NCBI GenBank assembly: GCA_965655095.1
Contig: OZ296659.1
Span: 75,392,001 to 75,456,000, forward strand
DNA: 64,000 nucleotides
Direction: 5' to 3'
Origin: Haplodiscus bocki
Taxonomy: Eukaryota
Shown here: positions 10,300 through 22,750 of the stretch, piece by piece
Layout of the letters: each line of letters opens with the position of its first letter
Numbering within the stretch: the stretch's first letter is position 1
The notes under the pieces: generated by a model
Told to the model about the DNA's origin: nothing
The model's input: only the letters and a program-made list of their open reading frames with translations
Databases searched by the model: none
Program-made: the position numbers and the translations under genes

Positions 10300-12600
10300 C
10301 TCTCTTTTTTCAAATTTTATGCCTCGCCATAACTACCAACTTGATATCCTCCATCAAGGTCTCAATCATGTTTTCAAAATGTGGCAAAACAGTCTATCAA
10401 AGATTTGTCTTTTCTGCCTTTTGCATCAGAGTTCTGATAATCCAAAATTTCCCTGAAGTGCAACCAATACTGATTAATCTCGACAATCGAAATCACATTT
10501 CTCGGTAACTGCTGGCTTGATTCCTTCCATAAAATTCTCAATCAGTACTTTTAATACTGTACAGGGTGTTTGACTAGAAAATCTCCAATTGAGATCCATG
10601 CATCACACTTCTCATAGTCCGATTACTCAAAAAAGTTCTATCATTACTGATTTGTGTCGCTATTTAAGTCCATATTCTTCAGTAGCTACAGGTTTGATAT
10701 CTTTCATCAAAGTCCTCATCAAAACCTTCACCTCCCAACTGTAGAAGGGTATTTGATCAATATATCATACACTTTCTTCCTTCCATCAGTTTCCTGATAA
10801 TCTGAAACTTCCAAAAAAAGATTTGTTTTGATATTCAAACACGTGTATCTCAGTGCCTACACTGCTGATTTCTTTCATGAAGGTCTCAATTGAAAACGTT
10901 GTAGTTTTGGAGGAGAATTTTTCCGGAAATTTAAATTTTCGATCCTTTCATTAGAAATCTCAAAGATCGAAAGTTCCAGAAAGTGGTACTAATGAAATTA
11001 TACCTCGAATTTCAAGTTCACGTTTCTGAGCAACGGCAGCTTTCTTTTCCTCCAACAAGGTGTTAATCAAATACAATACACTTGTGGGGTAAGATGCGGT
11101 GGGGTAAGATTGATTCAGATCCTTAGTTCACAATTTTAGTGGTCGGGAAATTCTAAGTTATGCTACTATTGACGACTTATCCCGAAATTCATTTTTTTTG
11201 CCGTAACTAGAGGCCTAATTTTTTTCATGAAGGGCTCAATTAGCAGTTTTTTGACTTTCAAGATGTTCTCAACATAAACACTATCTATTCAGGTCTTTCC
11301 GATTGAATAATGTTAGTCTGAGTATACTTGAAAGGTTTTTAACTTTAACTCACGTCGATTTTCGAAATCATTTTTTTTCGTAAATATGAACCAATTTTCT
11401 CTATGATGGTCTCAATTGACAATCAATTAGTCGAAGAAGCGTTGTGAAAATTTGAAAAGTTCGAATTATTACCTTGCGTTGGACTTTGGTAACCCGATAT
11501 TGCCAAAAGGCTGCTTTAGCTGCGACATTTTTTTGGTTAGGCCAACTCATATTTCTCTATAACAACTGACCTGGTATCTTGCTTTCAGTCCTGAATTTTT
11601 ATTACTGGTGGACTATTGAAATTTTGAAAGATTCAATTTATTCCTGGCTTTGGCTTACTGAAGCACCGGGGACGCCATATGCTATCTTTTTTGATGAAAA
11701 TCTTTAATCAAACTTACGTTTCTCGAAAAAAAGAAAGCCTGAGTTTTTCTCCGAATGTCGCTGTTGAAACATTTCTGCTCTCTAAAAAAGATGAGAATAA
11801 AAATTAACAATTTAATTCCTGCGTTGCAGTCTCCATGGTCCAAAAATGCCAGTAGCGTTTCTAACACGGGCTCATCTGGTTTTTTGAATTCGATTAACTC
11901 CGTAACTAGTGACGGATTTCTTCTTTCAAGGTCTCAATGTAAAACTTTCACAATGTGGTGAACTAATCCAATAAAAAGGATTCATTTTCTTTCATGCAGT
12001 GACTTTTTGATAGAATAAGTCAACCAGAAAATGCTATTAGGCTTCACATGCCTCGATATTCCACTTCATATTCCTTCAGCCCTTCAGCTGTGCCTGCTTC
12101 TTTTTCTCATCAAGGTGTCTGTCGATAGCTTTTTTTGCTTTAAGTGGACCAGAAATTTCATCTAAAGGGCGTGAAATAATTGGTCTAGATCGGAAATGGA
12201 ACAGCAATAGACCAAACATAGTGAAAGTGCTATTAGTCTAGACATATCTCGATATTCCAACTCATCTTCGTCGAGAGCTACAGCTTTGAAGTCTTTCAAC
12301 AAGGTCTGAAATTACGGATTTATACTCTTAGATGCTGAATATCTTATGTAATCAACCATCTCGGTTTTTGTTGCTTCAATGGATTTTTGTAGGGCCCAGA
12401 ATGCGAAAAGGTACAAATGATATTAGTTTGTTGTCGATTCTCAAACTCATACCCCTCTGAAGTTACCGGCTTCTTTTCTTTCAACAAGGTGTCCGTCGAA
12501 ACTTGTTTGTCGATTATGAGACTCTACCAAAAAATAATTTGTTGTACGTTTGATCAATCTGTTTTTTGCCCATTGACGGAAATATCGCAGTGCGACTGCG
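10300..12600 (+). repeat. Diverged tandem satellite, ~175-185 bp period
   Basis: Motif TTTCTTCATCAAGGTCTCAAT recurs at ~10356, 10532, 10709, 10880, 11057, 11230 and 11406 (spacing 171-177). It recurs again at ~11927, 12110, 12300 and 12485. Confidence 0.7.
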
Positions 12601-13087
12601 CTTCTTGATAAAATTTCTGGGCAAACATTCCGTTTTTTTTATAATTGGTCTAGACCAATTATTTGCTCGTAGAATTCTCACAATTGTTTCATACTCACAG
12701 CTTTGCGAGACAACCTTGGAAAAATACCAGTAGTAAACGCTTTTTGAGTCTTGCTTACACAACAGGCCAGACGCACGGCCGCGCACACCACTTAGCATAT
12801 TAGTTGAAGTGATGAAACGTAAATAGATTTAATAGCTCTACTACTCCATCCCCATTCGACAACATCAGAACTGAGAATTGCATAATTGAGGTCCTGAAGG
12901 GGGCAACAATTTTTATACTTTGAACAAAAAGTGGCCATTTCAACACTTTTATATTAATTTGAGGTCTCAACTAGGATGATTGACAAGCGAGATAGGGCCA
13001 CGTGATAACACTTCTACCCCCCTTATTTACCAACAAAAGCTACCTTGAGAGCTTCAAATGTTAAACACTTTTATTTTTTTGGGTCGC

Positions 13088-13572
13088 CTGCAATAGTGTT
13101 CCAAAAAAAATGAGCTCTTAAGCATAAATTGACCAACTTAAGTCAATATCAGATTTATTCAATATCTCTGAAAGTGTTGGAAATAGTCTTTTTTGGTAAA
13201 AAGAGAGATTTTTCAAACTTCAATTTAGTTTAGAACTGTTTTTGTTTCAAAATTTTGCGAGCATTACAGCAAAAAGTCAATTTTGGACAATTTTTTAAAG
13301 AAAAAAATTCGGTTTTCGATGTTTAAAGTTTGTTTTCTTCGTTAATTTTTATTGTTTTTTCATCAATTGTATCCACGGATTCAAGAAATTCTGAGAATTT
13401 TATTGATACCAAGTTCCGCGAATCATTTTTCTAACTTGGTCATACTTCGAAAAAATTCAGGTATTCCCAAAATTGGCAAGTATTAACTAATTAAACTGCA
13501 AATTGAAATCCTTTTAGCTAAATGGCGTCAGTGAACGCTCTCAAGCTCCATTCTTGTAAAACAATACTGCAG
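13088..13572. mobile_element. MITE-like element, copy 1
   Basis: Imperfect ~29-bp inverted termini (CTGCAATAGTGTT..ATGAGCT / AGCTCCATTCTTGTAAAACAATACTGCAG). The interior is homologous to 29120-29803. Confidence 0.55.
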
Positions 13573-14636
13573 TATGCAATTTTTACTCTGACGTCTGACC
13601 CAAGAGTTGCAAGACCTCATGTTAGATAAAAGAGAGGAAACATTCTGCAGCTATTTTGTTGTCTTTTTTTCTTTACTAATATCAGCCAATTTGAAAGCTC
13701 GAATTTTTTTATAAGGAACGTTTTTTGCGATGCCTAATAGATCGAATGTCGTGGCACATCTGAAAGTGGCGATTTCTTTGTATCACGATATTGCGGCATA
13801 ACAGAGTTGCTATTTCAGTTTTCAAAAACCAGACTGTGACTACATGCAACTGATAAATTAATGGTGAAAGAAGATCGGTTAAAATAATTTGTTCCACTGC
13901 ATTAAAGTTGAAGTGCATTTGAAGTTGGAAGTAGAAATTCAAGGAGCATGCTTCTAGAATCGGAGAAAATAATCAATGATTTGTAATCACCCGGGTCGAT
14001 ATTTTCTTGACAATCGCCGTTGTTTTTTTATGATCGCCGGTATTTCCGCTGATACCGCCGTTAGCCTTCTAAGAACCCCCGATGCGCCGTTGTCGTAGAA
14101 TTTCTGCAGCGACCTGAAGTTGACCGCCGCTATTTTTAACGAAAAACCGTTACGTCCGCCGACATCCCACAGAAAAAAGCGGGTAAAATTTTTTGATACT
14201 GATGCAGAAAAAGGCGTAACCAATCGAAAAACCAGATTCCCCCCAAAAAGAACAAAAAGCAGTGCAATGTTTTTACTTTCAAAATGGAGGCTATCGTACT
14301 CCGAAATCTTGGCCTGGAAAAGTCCGTGAAAAAAGTAGAAAAATCAAGTTAAATACAAAAAATAGACAATCGGTTCCATCATCTTCAACTCCATTTGTGG
14401 GAGTGAAGATTGTTGGACAACTATAATTACTTTTTTTTCTTCTTTTGATAAAACACTTTTTGTCTCCTTAGATGTATTGAGTCTTTTCCATATTGTTCCA
14501 TATCTAAATTTGATTGTTATTTTTCGCCGCATATGTAATATGCAAGAAAAATTATTCATCCAGTAGGGTCATTTTTCTTTTTTTTTTCAGACCATAATTG
14601 CCAACTCTTTTTATTCAAAAATAAAAGACAGAAATA

Positions 14637-14695
14637 GGCGTAGGACAACAAGCTTCTCAAGCAGTAGGTTCGGGGTTCGAGTCACTGTCGTGCCA
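14637..14695 (+). pseudogene. 5'-truncated tRNA-like sequence (CTC anticodon-like loop, B box), probable SINE-type head
   Basis: GC-TTCTCAA-GC anticodon-like arm, variable loop AGGTT, T arm CGGGG-TTCGAGT-CACTG, and 3' strand TCGTGCCA. The 5' acceptor strand is missing and the stems are mismatched. Confidence 0.5.
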
Positions 14696-14709
14696 AATAT
14701 TTTTACGAT

Positions 14710-15061
14710 TTATCCCTGACATTTTTCGAAACCCGAAGTTTGTGAAACACTAAGGAGTTCCCCTACGAAATTTTTTGGCACTGTGAGACAAAAATATTCG
14801 ACGGAAAATCTTGATACTCCCCCCCCCCCTCTATTCCAAACTTTTTCGATACCCGAAATTAATGAAACGCTAAAGGATTCCCTTACGGAAATTTTCGGCA
14901 CTGTGAGACAAATAATTTTTGACGGAAAATCGTGATACCCGCCCCCTCTCTTATCCCTAACATTTTTCGATAACAGAAATTTTCTGAAACACAGAAGGGT
15001 TCCTCGACAAAATTTTTCGGCACTGTGAGACGAAAATTTTTCAAGGTAAAATCGTGATACC
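14710..15061 (+). repeat. Tandem repeat, ~121-bp unit, ~3 copies
   Basis: GGCACTGTGAGAC at 14777, 14897 and 15019, and the units align along their length. Confidence 0.9.
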
Positions 15062-15445
15062 TTTTTGCATAAAGTACAGAAATCAGTGGTGGAATTGATT
15101 TGTAAGAGCTCTTTGAAAATTAATATCAAAGCAGTAGTTTTGTTTTTAACTGTTTGCAAAAATTGATCAAAATATTTGTAGTTGGGCTAATAATATGCCG
15201 GCACTAGCCAAGATAGAGTTCACACCAGGATGTGGTTGAATCCAATATATTAAGATCTGGTATTTGTGTACCAAATGGATTAGGTTTGGTTTACATGACG
15301 CCACTTTCTGTCCCGTAGTGTATTATGAGCAGAAATTTAGGGGGAAGAAGAGCTCTTTTAAGCAGGATTCGAACTTGGGAGGATGGAAGCAGAAGTTTTT
15401 TGGAAGGTCCGGCAGATAATTTATTACGCGTGCTGTTATTTGTTA

Positions 15446-15645
15446 NNNNNNNNNNNNNNNNNNNNNNNNNNNNNNNNNNNNNNNNNNNNNNNNNNNNNNN
15501 NNNNNNNNNNNNNNNNNNNNNNNNNNNNNNNNNNNNNNNNNNNNNNNNNNNNNNNNNNNNNNNNNNNNNNNNNNNNNNNNNNNNNNNNNNNNNNNNNNNN
15601 NNNNNNNNNNNNNNNNNNNNNNNNNNNNNNNNNNNNNNNNNNNNN
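15446..15645. other. Assembly gap (200 N)
   Basis: Run of N. Confidence 1.
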
Positions 15646-15805
15646 ATCTTCTATTTTTTTCAGGACCATAATCTTTGGGGTCGAGAATATCTAAACTCCA
15701 AATGTCATCGATATGATAAACGTCTGTTTTATTTGTGGGATAATTCTTTTTAGGTGGTTTGGAATAAATTTCGTTTATAAATTTTTTAATGTTTTTCTGA
15801 GTCGT
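15646..15805 (-). pseudogene. Polinton/Maverick integrase N-terminus, truncated by the gap
   Basis: Translates as (T)TQKNIKKFINEIYSKPPKKNYPTNKTDVYHIDDIWSLDILD..DYGPE, matching the DDxW-x-x-D-x-x-D start of Polinton c-integrases. The putative start codon is ACG, directly after the PolB TAA. Confidence 0.75.
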
Positions 15806-18800
15806 TTATGAGCTAGGATTATAGCCCCACGGTACACTAATATGCTTATCGAGATAACATCTTTTATCATCCGATATATTTAAAGCTATCTTTTTTTGTT
15901 TTACCATTGTAATTTCGTGTTTATTACTTCTAAAGGAATAGTTAACACCATATTCACTTTCATTATTCTCTAAACAATGTTTATAATTTTCTAGAGTGTA
16001 TTTATTATGATCTTGAACTCCTTTGTGTTTAAAATGTGAACTGTTCTGTTTAATATTAAGAGAACAAGATTCACTCCTAAATAATACTGCTTCATCTAAA
16101 TCTAATTCCGGAGCTGTATCAAGTTCCATTTTCCCTAAACCTTCCTATTATCTTTTGAATATAGCTCACGAGATGGATCCAATTCACTAAAATCGAAATC
16201 CTCTTTAAAATGTTTTAAATCTTCAATTAAGCTTTTGATTGGTTTGAATGAAAATATGAAACTATCCGTATCTAAATAAAGTAATTCCAAAACATCTTCT
16301 CCAAAATATGGTTGCATTTTATCATAATACTATTCATACATTAAATGTTTTGATAATTCCAATACACAAAATCCAACATAAATAGGTTTTGTAAATTTAA
16401 TTGTTTCCCTATTAAATGAATACAAAATAAGTTTTTCCTATTGTGCATTTTTGTCATCGAAAGATAGTTTTGATTGTCGATTTAATATTCTGAGGGTATC
16501 TGATTTATCTATCAAATCGAGCTTCAAACTTTTTCTGATATTTTCAATGGTTTTTCCGTAAAATGAATTATTCATCAATTTGTAAAAATGTTTTTCAAAT
16601 TCGGCTGTTGCTTTCTTTCTTTGTTCTGTATTATATTTAATAAATTTTGCTAGCCAAGGAAATTGTTTAAATTTATAAACAGTCTAAACCTTTAAAAATC
16701 TTATTCCATGTCTTTTATAAACTTTTATATCTCTGTAAGGTAAAAAATATCTCTGTTTGTTTGTCTGATCCATAATCAATTTTTCTGTAGGTTTATTTTC
16801 ATCTGGTTTATTGTTAATCATATAGGGTGAAAAATCGTCTACTCTAATTGTTTTCTTATCTGGCAAAAATGGAAAATATTTCGTTTTTCGTGTATACTAG
16901 ATGGATATTCTAAATCACATTCTATTAAAAATCCATGTTCGTCATTATCTGGAGTTCTTAAAATTGTTTTTAAACTGCTTCTTGTAACTTTAATTTCACG
17001 AAAATCTGCAGTTAGTAAATATTGAGACATACTCCATCCATATAAATTTGTCAAATCTTCGTATACTATTTTTCTTTCTCCTCTTTTTACATAGCGATTA
17101 CCCATACAAGCACTTGGTCCTCCTCTCATATTGTTTTCAAGTAATAATCTGAGTTTATCATCAGTTATATAATCTAATGTTACTCCAGTCATTTTCATGC
17201 CAGCTTTCCACGTGATTGATGGTGTACTATATGAATTTAATGAATTAATACCATAGGCTTTTTTACATGTATCTATATAAATTTGGAAAATATCTGTTAA
17301 TAATAAAACATCATTTTCCAGATATAACATGGTTAATTCTTTTAAATTAGTTATCCTTTTTTTTACAAATATAGCTTGTGTTGTTAATATTTCCTCAAAA
17401 TCTGGATATGATTCTTTTAAGGAGGAAAAGTAATCTTCTCGACCTAATTTCAATGGTTTGGGAAATGATTCAATGGTTTTACCTCTTTCATATGGAAACG
17501 CAAGTTTTCGTTTGAATAAATCATCTTCCATAACATTTGCATCTAGAGATGGGAAAGACTTTAATGTTGTAGATAATTTATCCAAACTAGCACCTAAAAC
17601 TCTATAACTATCCAAAAACTTTAAACATCCTATTTTGACAGATATTTAATTTTCTGACGATTTAGCTATGATATCAGTCTCATTTATTTTAAGAGATAGT
17701 TTTTTCTTAGTGGCCATGTTAGCTAAGTTCTCAAAGATTAGATGACAATCATATCCTGAAAAGTTATGGAGAAGTATTGGTACAAAAGAAGTATGGGCCT
17801 TTCGTGTATTCAGATTACAATTATTATGGGCTAAGCCTCTAAATTTGCCTGTTAAATGGAGGTGGTCTTTAATAACTGGATTTTCTTCTTTAACTTTAGG
17901 CCTAAATTCTTTTTCACATAACCAACAAATACTTTGATCATAATTTTCCGGAACAATATCAAGATTAATCTCAAGCTCAATTTTAAAATAAATTTTCATA
18001 TAGCTTTCTATTTCCAACATCTCATTTATAAACCATTCAACACAATCTTCACCAAAATATTTGATATAACCATCTTTTTCCAAATTTAAGTTTTCATATT
18101 CAGGATTTTTGACTATATTGTAACCTATAGCAATTGGTTTGTTTAAAAACATTTTATCTGTAACATGATCGTTATCATTGTCGATAACTGGAATATTCTT
18201 ATATTCAAAATCAGCCGCAATCCACATTTCTGGATCTATTTTCATATACCAATCATTAAATTTTATCTTTTGATTTGGTTGCATATATGATATATTACAA
18301 ACTTTTTGTTCAATACATCTTAACATATGTTATTCAAGTTTTGTTTGGTCTCCATATGTATTTAAACATCTTCTACGTAATTGTTTATAATGTTCATTTT
18401 TCCTACAAAATTTATACCAATTAGTTATTACACAATAATTGTTTTCATAAATTACTAGATCTAATTGTTCATCATAATAGTTTTTGACAATATATCTGGG
18501 TGAAAGAGTTTTGTCATTAGCTGATAACTCGAAAACATTTATATTTTGGGTTATTTAATCTTTCAAATGTTGATATATCTTTTATTTTCATAGGAAACAG
18601 AATGTCACCTGGATTAAGTTCATGAAAATGTTTTTTCTAATGTGATACTCTTTCACGATGATTGTCTACTTTGTATCTATGAGCTAAAAAAGACCATAGA
18701 AAGCAATAGTTATCATCGTTTTGTATGTTTACTACAGATGATGAATTAAAAAATGATTTAGGTAATTTACAATAGCTAGATGCTCTTATATCATGGTATC

Positions 18801-19400
18801 TAAAAACTTTCACTGTCAATTTTTTTATGCTCTCAAATATTTAACCACTTTCTCGTTGCTGGAATTCATCTATTCGGTGATCTAATTCATTTGATTCATT
18901 TACTTCTTCTTGTTGATTTTTAAACTTGTTTGTTAATGTAAAATAGTTTGTATTGCCATGAGATGCATGATTAAATTTTACAATAATTTGACATTTATAT
19001 TTAAATCTATGGAAGTGTTGTGTACATTCATCAATAGCTCTTTTAAATAATATATCTACTTTTTTAAAATATGGATTAATAAAGGTATATGTTTTATCTG
19101 TGAGATTATTTTTTATTCTGGAACTAACTTCATTTTCTATATGTGTTGCAGACTTGATATGAGAAGATTTAGTATTAATATTTATATCCTTTTTACATGC
19201 CTCACAATATCACATTCTTTTACTATTTTTGTGTTGATTTGATTGTAAATGAAATCTTTTAGCTGCTAGACTTAATATTCTTCTAACTTGTTGACAATAA
19301 TTTTGGTTATTTGCTGCGAGATGTGTGTTGGTTAATTCATGGTTATATTTTTTATTTCGTTTATATTGTAAATTACAAGTTGGACAATGCTCTTTTTATA
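15806..19400 (-). pseudogene. Protein-primed family-B DNA polymerase (Polinton/Maverick), fragmented by stops and frameshifts
   Basis: Motifs in order: N-terminal CxxC..H..H fingers; SSYCKLP..NIQNDDNYCFLWS; ExoI AADFE; EndoVII-like CWLC..KDHLHLTGKFRGLAHNNCNL; ExoII HNFSGYD; ExoIII YLENDV; RGG; motif A YEDLTNLYG; motif B YKLMNNSFYGKT (~16545-16590); motif C YLDTDS; KGV. Covers track ORFs 15806, 16135, 16684, 16839, 17646 and 18637. Confidence 0.92.
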
Positions 19401-19469
19401 TAGTTTTAGTTTATTGAAACGTTTTAGGTCAATTGTAAAACTTTTAATTTTATGCTCACATGTAATCGT

Positions 19470-19975
19470 CAACGTTTTCGAAAGTTTTACCATTGAATAG
19501 CATTTTCCAAGTCCCTTCAAACGATGTATAACGTGTCATAATTATCAGAAAAATTTTTCGTTGACTTATACCAAGTTTGAGGTTTCAGATGAAAATAGTT
19601 TCAGTCAACGTTTCAGAAAATGATAGCATCAAAGTCTACGTTTAATTACCTTTCCAATCATATATAACAATACACTGTCACTTAAAATTTTTCATTGACA
19701 TACCATGTTTGAGGGTATAGTTTCAGGGTTTTTGGGTTTTTTCAATGGGATAGTTTCAGTTTATGTTTCCGAAAATTTCATTGTTGAATTCTACCTTTTA
19801 AGACCTTTTCAACGATATATGACATGTTATCAATATTAAAAACTTTTTATTGACATACCATGTTTGAGGGTAAAGTTTCAGGGTTTTTGGGTTTTTTCAA
19901 TAGTATGGTTTCAGTTAATGTTTTCGAAAATATTTTCATTGAATAGCTTTTTCAAGACCTTTTCAACGATATGTT
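19470..19975. repeat. Tandem repeat, ~135-155 bp unit, ~3.5 copies
   Basis: TTGACATACCATGTTTGAGGG at 19695 and 19850, with a variant at 19561. Confidence 0.8.
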
Positions 19976-20224
19976 ATACTTTTCTGTAGCTCAAATATTC
20001 GTTGATTTCTTGATCTGTATATACCGTGGGAAAATGAAAAAAGTTTACGCTTAAGTGGTTTTTAATTGGTTTTAACCCTTTGATCTTTTTCAAAATTGTT
20101 TTCTGCGAAAACTATGATAGATACGGAGCTGAAACTTACAGGGTATACGAATTATGGTAACATCCATCGGTTGGTATGGAACCTCCGAATGTCAACTTTC
20201 ACCATGGTAAGATGGTATGTCCTA

Positions 20225-20600
20225 TCCTTAAACATGTAAGCATATGCTATAATGGTATAAGATCGCTTAAACGGTTCCTAAAACATGCGGAGATATGGTA
20301 TAATGGTTAAAGTTCGCTTGAACGGTTCCTTAAATATGTAAGCATGGGCTATAATGGGTAAAGTTCGCTTGAACGGTTCCTTCAACATGTGGATATAGGC
20401 TATAAAGGTTAAAACTCAGTTAAACGGCTCTTTAAACTTGTGGAGATAGGTTATATTGTAAAAATCTCTCCCAAACGGATCCTAAACCAATCTTAAACCA
20501 TGTAGACCTATACTATTTTGCAAAAATCTTGCCTAAACGGATCATAAAACACATAAAAGTAAGCTATAACGTAAAAATCTTGCTTAAACGGATCCTAAAA
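20225..20600. repeat. Tandem repeat, 51-bp unit, 5 regular plus ~2 decayed copies
   Basis: AACATG-like anchor at 20231, 20282, 20333, 20384 and 20435. Each unit contains (C/G/T)TATAA/TATAT...AACGG(T/C)TC. Confidence 0.88.
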
Positions 20601-20691
20601 CCCCCCAAAAACATAGTATCCCAGATTGAATTCTAAAACTTACATATATCATATCACACTCACGATGAAATATAAAACATAAAACACGGTG

Positions 20692-20937
20692 TCTTCGAAT
20701 AAACTCTCGTCCTCAAAATTCTTCTGTTTCCATGATACCATCATTTTCATGACCTCGGGTTGTTTTCGTGGATAGTTGATGATCATTATCGTGTGTGATA
20801 TTCTTCTCGTATCTTCGAATAAACTCTCTTCCTCAAAATCTCCTTCTATCCTGTTGTTAAATCGTTTCCATGATACCATCGTCTTCATGATCTCAGGTCG
20901 TATTCATGGATAGTTGATAGTCATCATGTGAGATTCT
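20692..20937. repeat. Direct duplication, ~120 bp
   Basis: TCTTCGAATAAACTCT at 20692 and 20812, and TTTCCATGATACCATC occurs twice. Confidence 0.85.
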
Positions 20938-21064
20938 GGGTGATGCTGTTGTGATAGTCCAATGTGAAATTTGTTGTGTACGTCTGATGTAAAATTGAAG
21001 AATGTGAAGAATGATGGTGGTTTTCTACCTAGCAACGTATTATTTTTTCTACTCATTTGAGTGT

Positions 21065-21470
21065 ACATGGATGAATGATTTAATAACTACCTGCTTTGTG
21101 TTGAAAAGATGCTTTTTTCATATGGATGAACAACGTGTAGAAAAAAGCCAATTCAATAACCACCTGCTCGTTAAGATGATTTTGTGTGTGGATGAATTTC
21201 TAAAAAACCAATTCAATAACCACCTGCTCGTTGAAATGGTTTTGCGTGTGGATGAATTTTTCCTGCGTACTACCATTGATAAGACTATTCACAATATTTT
21301 TTACAAAATTGAATTTTCATTCCTGTGTACCCCCATTGATGTAGTATAAAAAAACGTTATTTTTTAGTAGATTTTTATGTTGTACGGCAAATGTCCTGCT
21401 ATGCGTAATTCGAAAGGTACCCCCATTGATAGAGTACAAAATAACGTGGTTTTTTTTGGTTGATTTTATG
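21065..21470. repeat. Adjacent 60-bp and ~90-bp tandem repeats
   Basis: CCAATTCAATAACCACCTGCTCGTT at 21148 and 21208; GTACCCCCATTGAT at 21327 and 21417. Confidence 0.8.
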
Positions 21471-21552
21471 ATTTTTTGACAATTTTTGGTAATTTTTCAT
21501 TGTTACCAAAGACTGGTAGACGTTGGTCACCGAGACCTACTTTTGACTTATT

Positions 21553-22186
21553 TGGTCAAAAGGAACGTTCAGTTGCGTCAAAAGAAAGAAGGGGAAACGA
21601 AAAAAGTTAACAGCCAAAACTGCAACCTGACTCAATTTAATCAATGAAACTAGGCGTACTGTTTACATGTATACAGGTATGAACACATTACTAAAAACCT
21701 TTAATGTAAGAACAGTCAATTACAAAAGTGTAATTACGCCACATAAGCTACCGGCGTTTGTAATCTTTATCAATACACCTCCTCATTAAAGAAATCATTG
21801 ATACATCACAAGCAGGTCTTGGTAACCGTCGTGTCAGCACAATTTGTGATTACTCGTTTAAGTTTAGTAGCATCGTCTAACAAGGTCAACGGTACCCTAT
21901 GTAATACCGCAGGAAAAAACTGTAACAATATTACATTTAGTAAAACACGTTTGAATATGTCTAGAATTAAACAGGTTATTATAACGTGAAATTTCATTTC
22001 GTTGCTTTAATCAGACCAATCATGGCATTTAGTGTTGTTTCTGGGTCCATAAGATTGGCGTTCAGATATTTCAAGTACACGCTTTTTCTTTTTTTACAAA
22101 AGTAATTTAACGTCCTAATATAACCATGACCTTGATCTTTTATACATATCTCAAAACTCAATGTCAACGAACTGTTCCTTCGACCG
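21553..22186. mobile_element. Possible MITE
   Basis: Imperfect inverted ends GGTCAAAAGGAACGTTCAGTTG versus the reverse complement GGTCGAAGGAACAGTTCGTTG. TA flank on the right only. Confidence 0.3.
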
Positions 22187-22750
22187 TACTAATTTTCACA
22201 CTTGAAGCTATTATGCAAAGCATGTTCTTGGGAAATATCAGGCCTTCACAACTGATTTTTCCAAATTGGTGCTAACGCATGATATCATGCTTTTCACCGT
22301 ATCACTTTAGCCCCACAATTGCTTATAACCTTTTAGAGCTCAATTTCTATTTTCAAGGATTATCGGTGTTTCTCCTCTTTGAACTACAAAACTGTTGCTA
22401 TTTCCAAAATTAAAAAATGAAAACGTCATCGAAAAAGCGTTTTGATTGCATTGATCAGTGTTTCGAGTTAAAGTTGTGGTTGGAGTTACACATATGACGT
22501 CAACCAATCGAACAACCCAATTGATGGACAAACGCAGAGGTCAACCGGATGAAACGCCACCCCTTTCTGACCGAAGTTGAACTTGGAGGCTTCAGAATAA
22601 TCCCAAGAAAGCAATTGCTGGAAACTACTATTGAAATTGAATTTTATTGACTCAATTTTTGATGTTACCCTGCTGCCATTTGTTATGTTAGACGTTGTTA
22701 TCTGATTTGTTTGGTATTAAAATAAATGCAGATCACTTGTCAAGACAAAC

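Noticed and set aside
14779-15027. Repeated CACAGTG (RSS heptamer) on the minus strand
   Set aside because: No ACAAAAACC nonamer at 12 or 23 spacing. It is just part of the 121-bp unit, and ORF 14710..15159 is a repeat artefact.
15325-15753. ORFs spanning the gap
   Set aside because: Artefacts of the N run.
20225-20600. Regular 51-bp array as CRISPR or a 17-aa coding repeat
   Set aside because: Whole units are homologous with no unique spacers, there are no cas genes, the context is eukaryotic, and no long ORF covers it.
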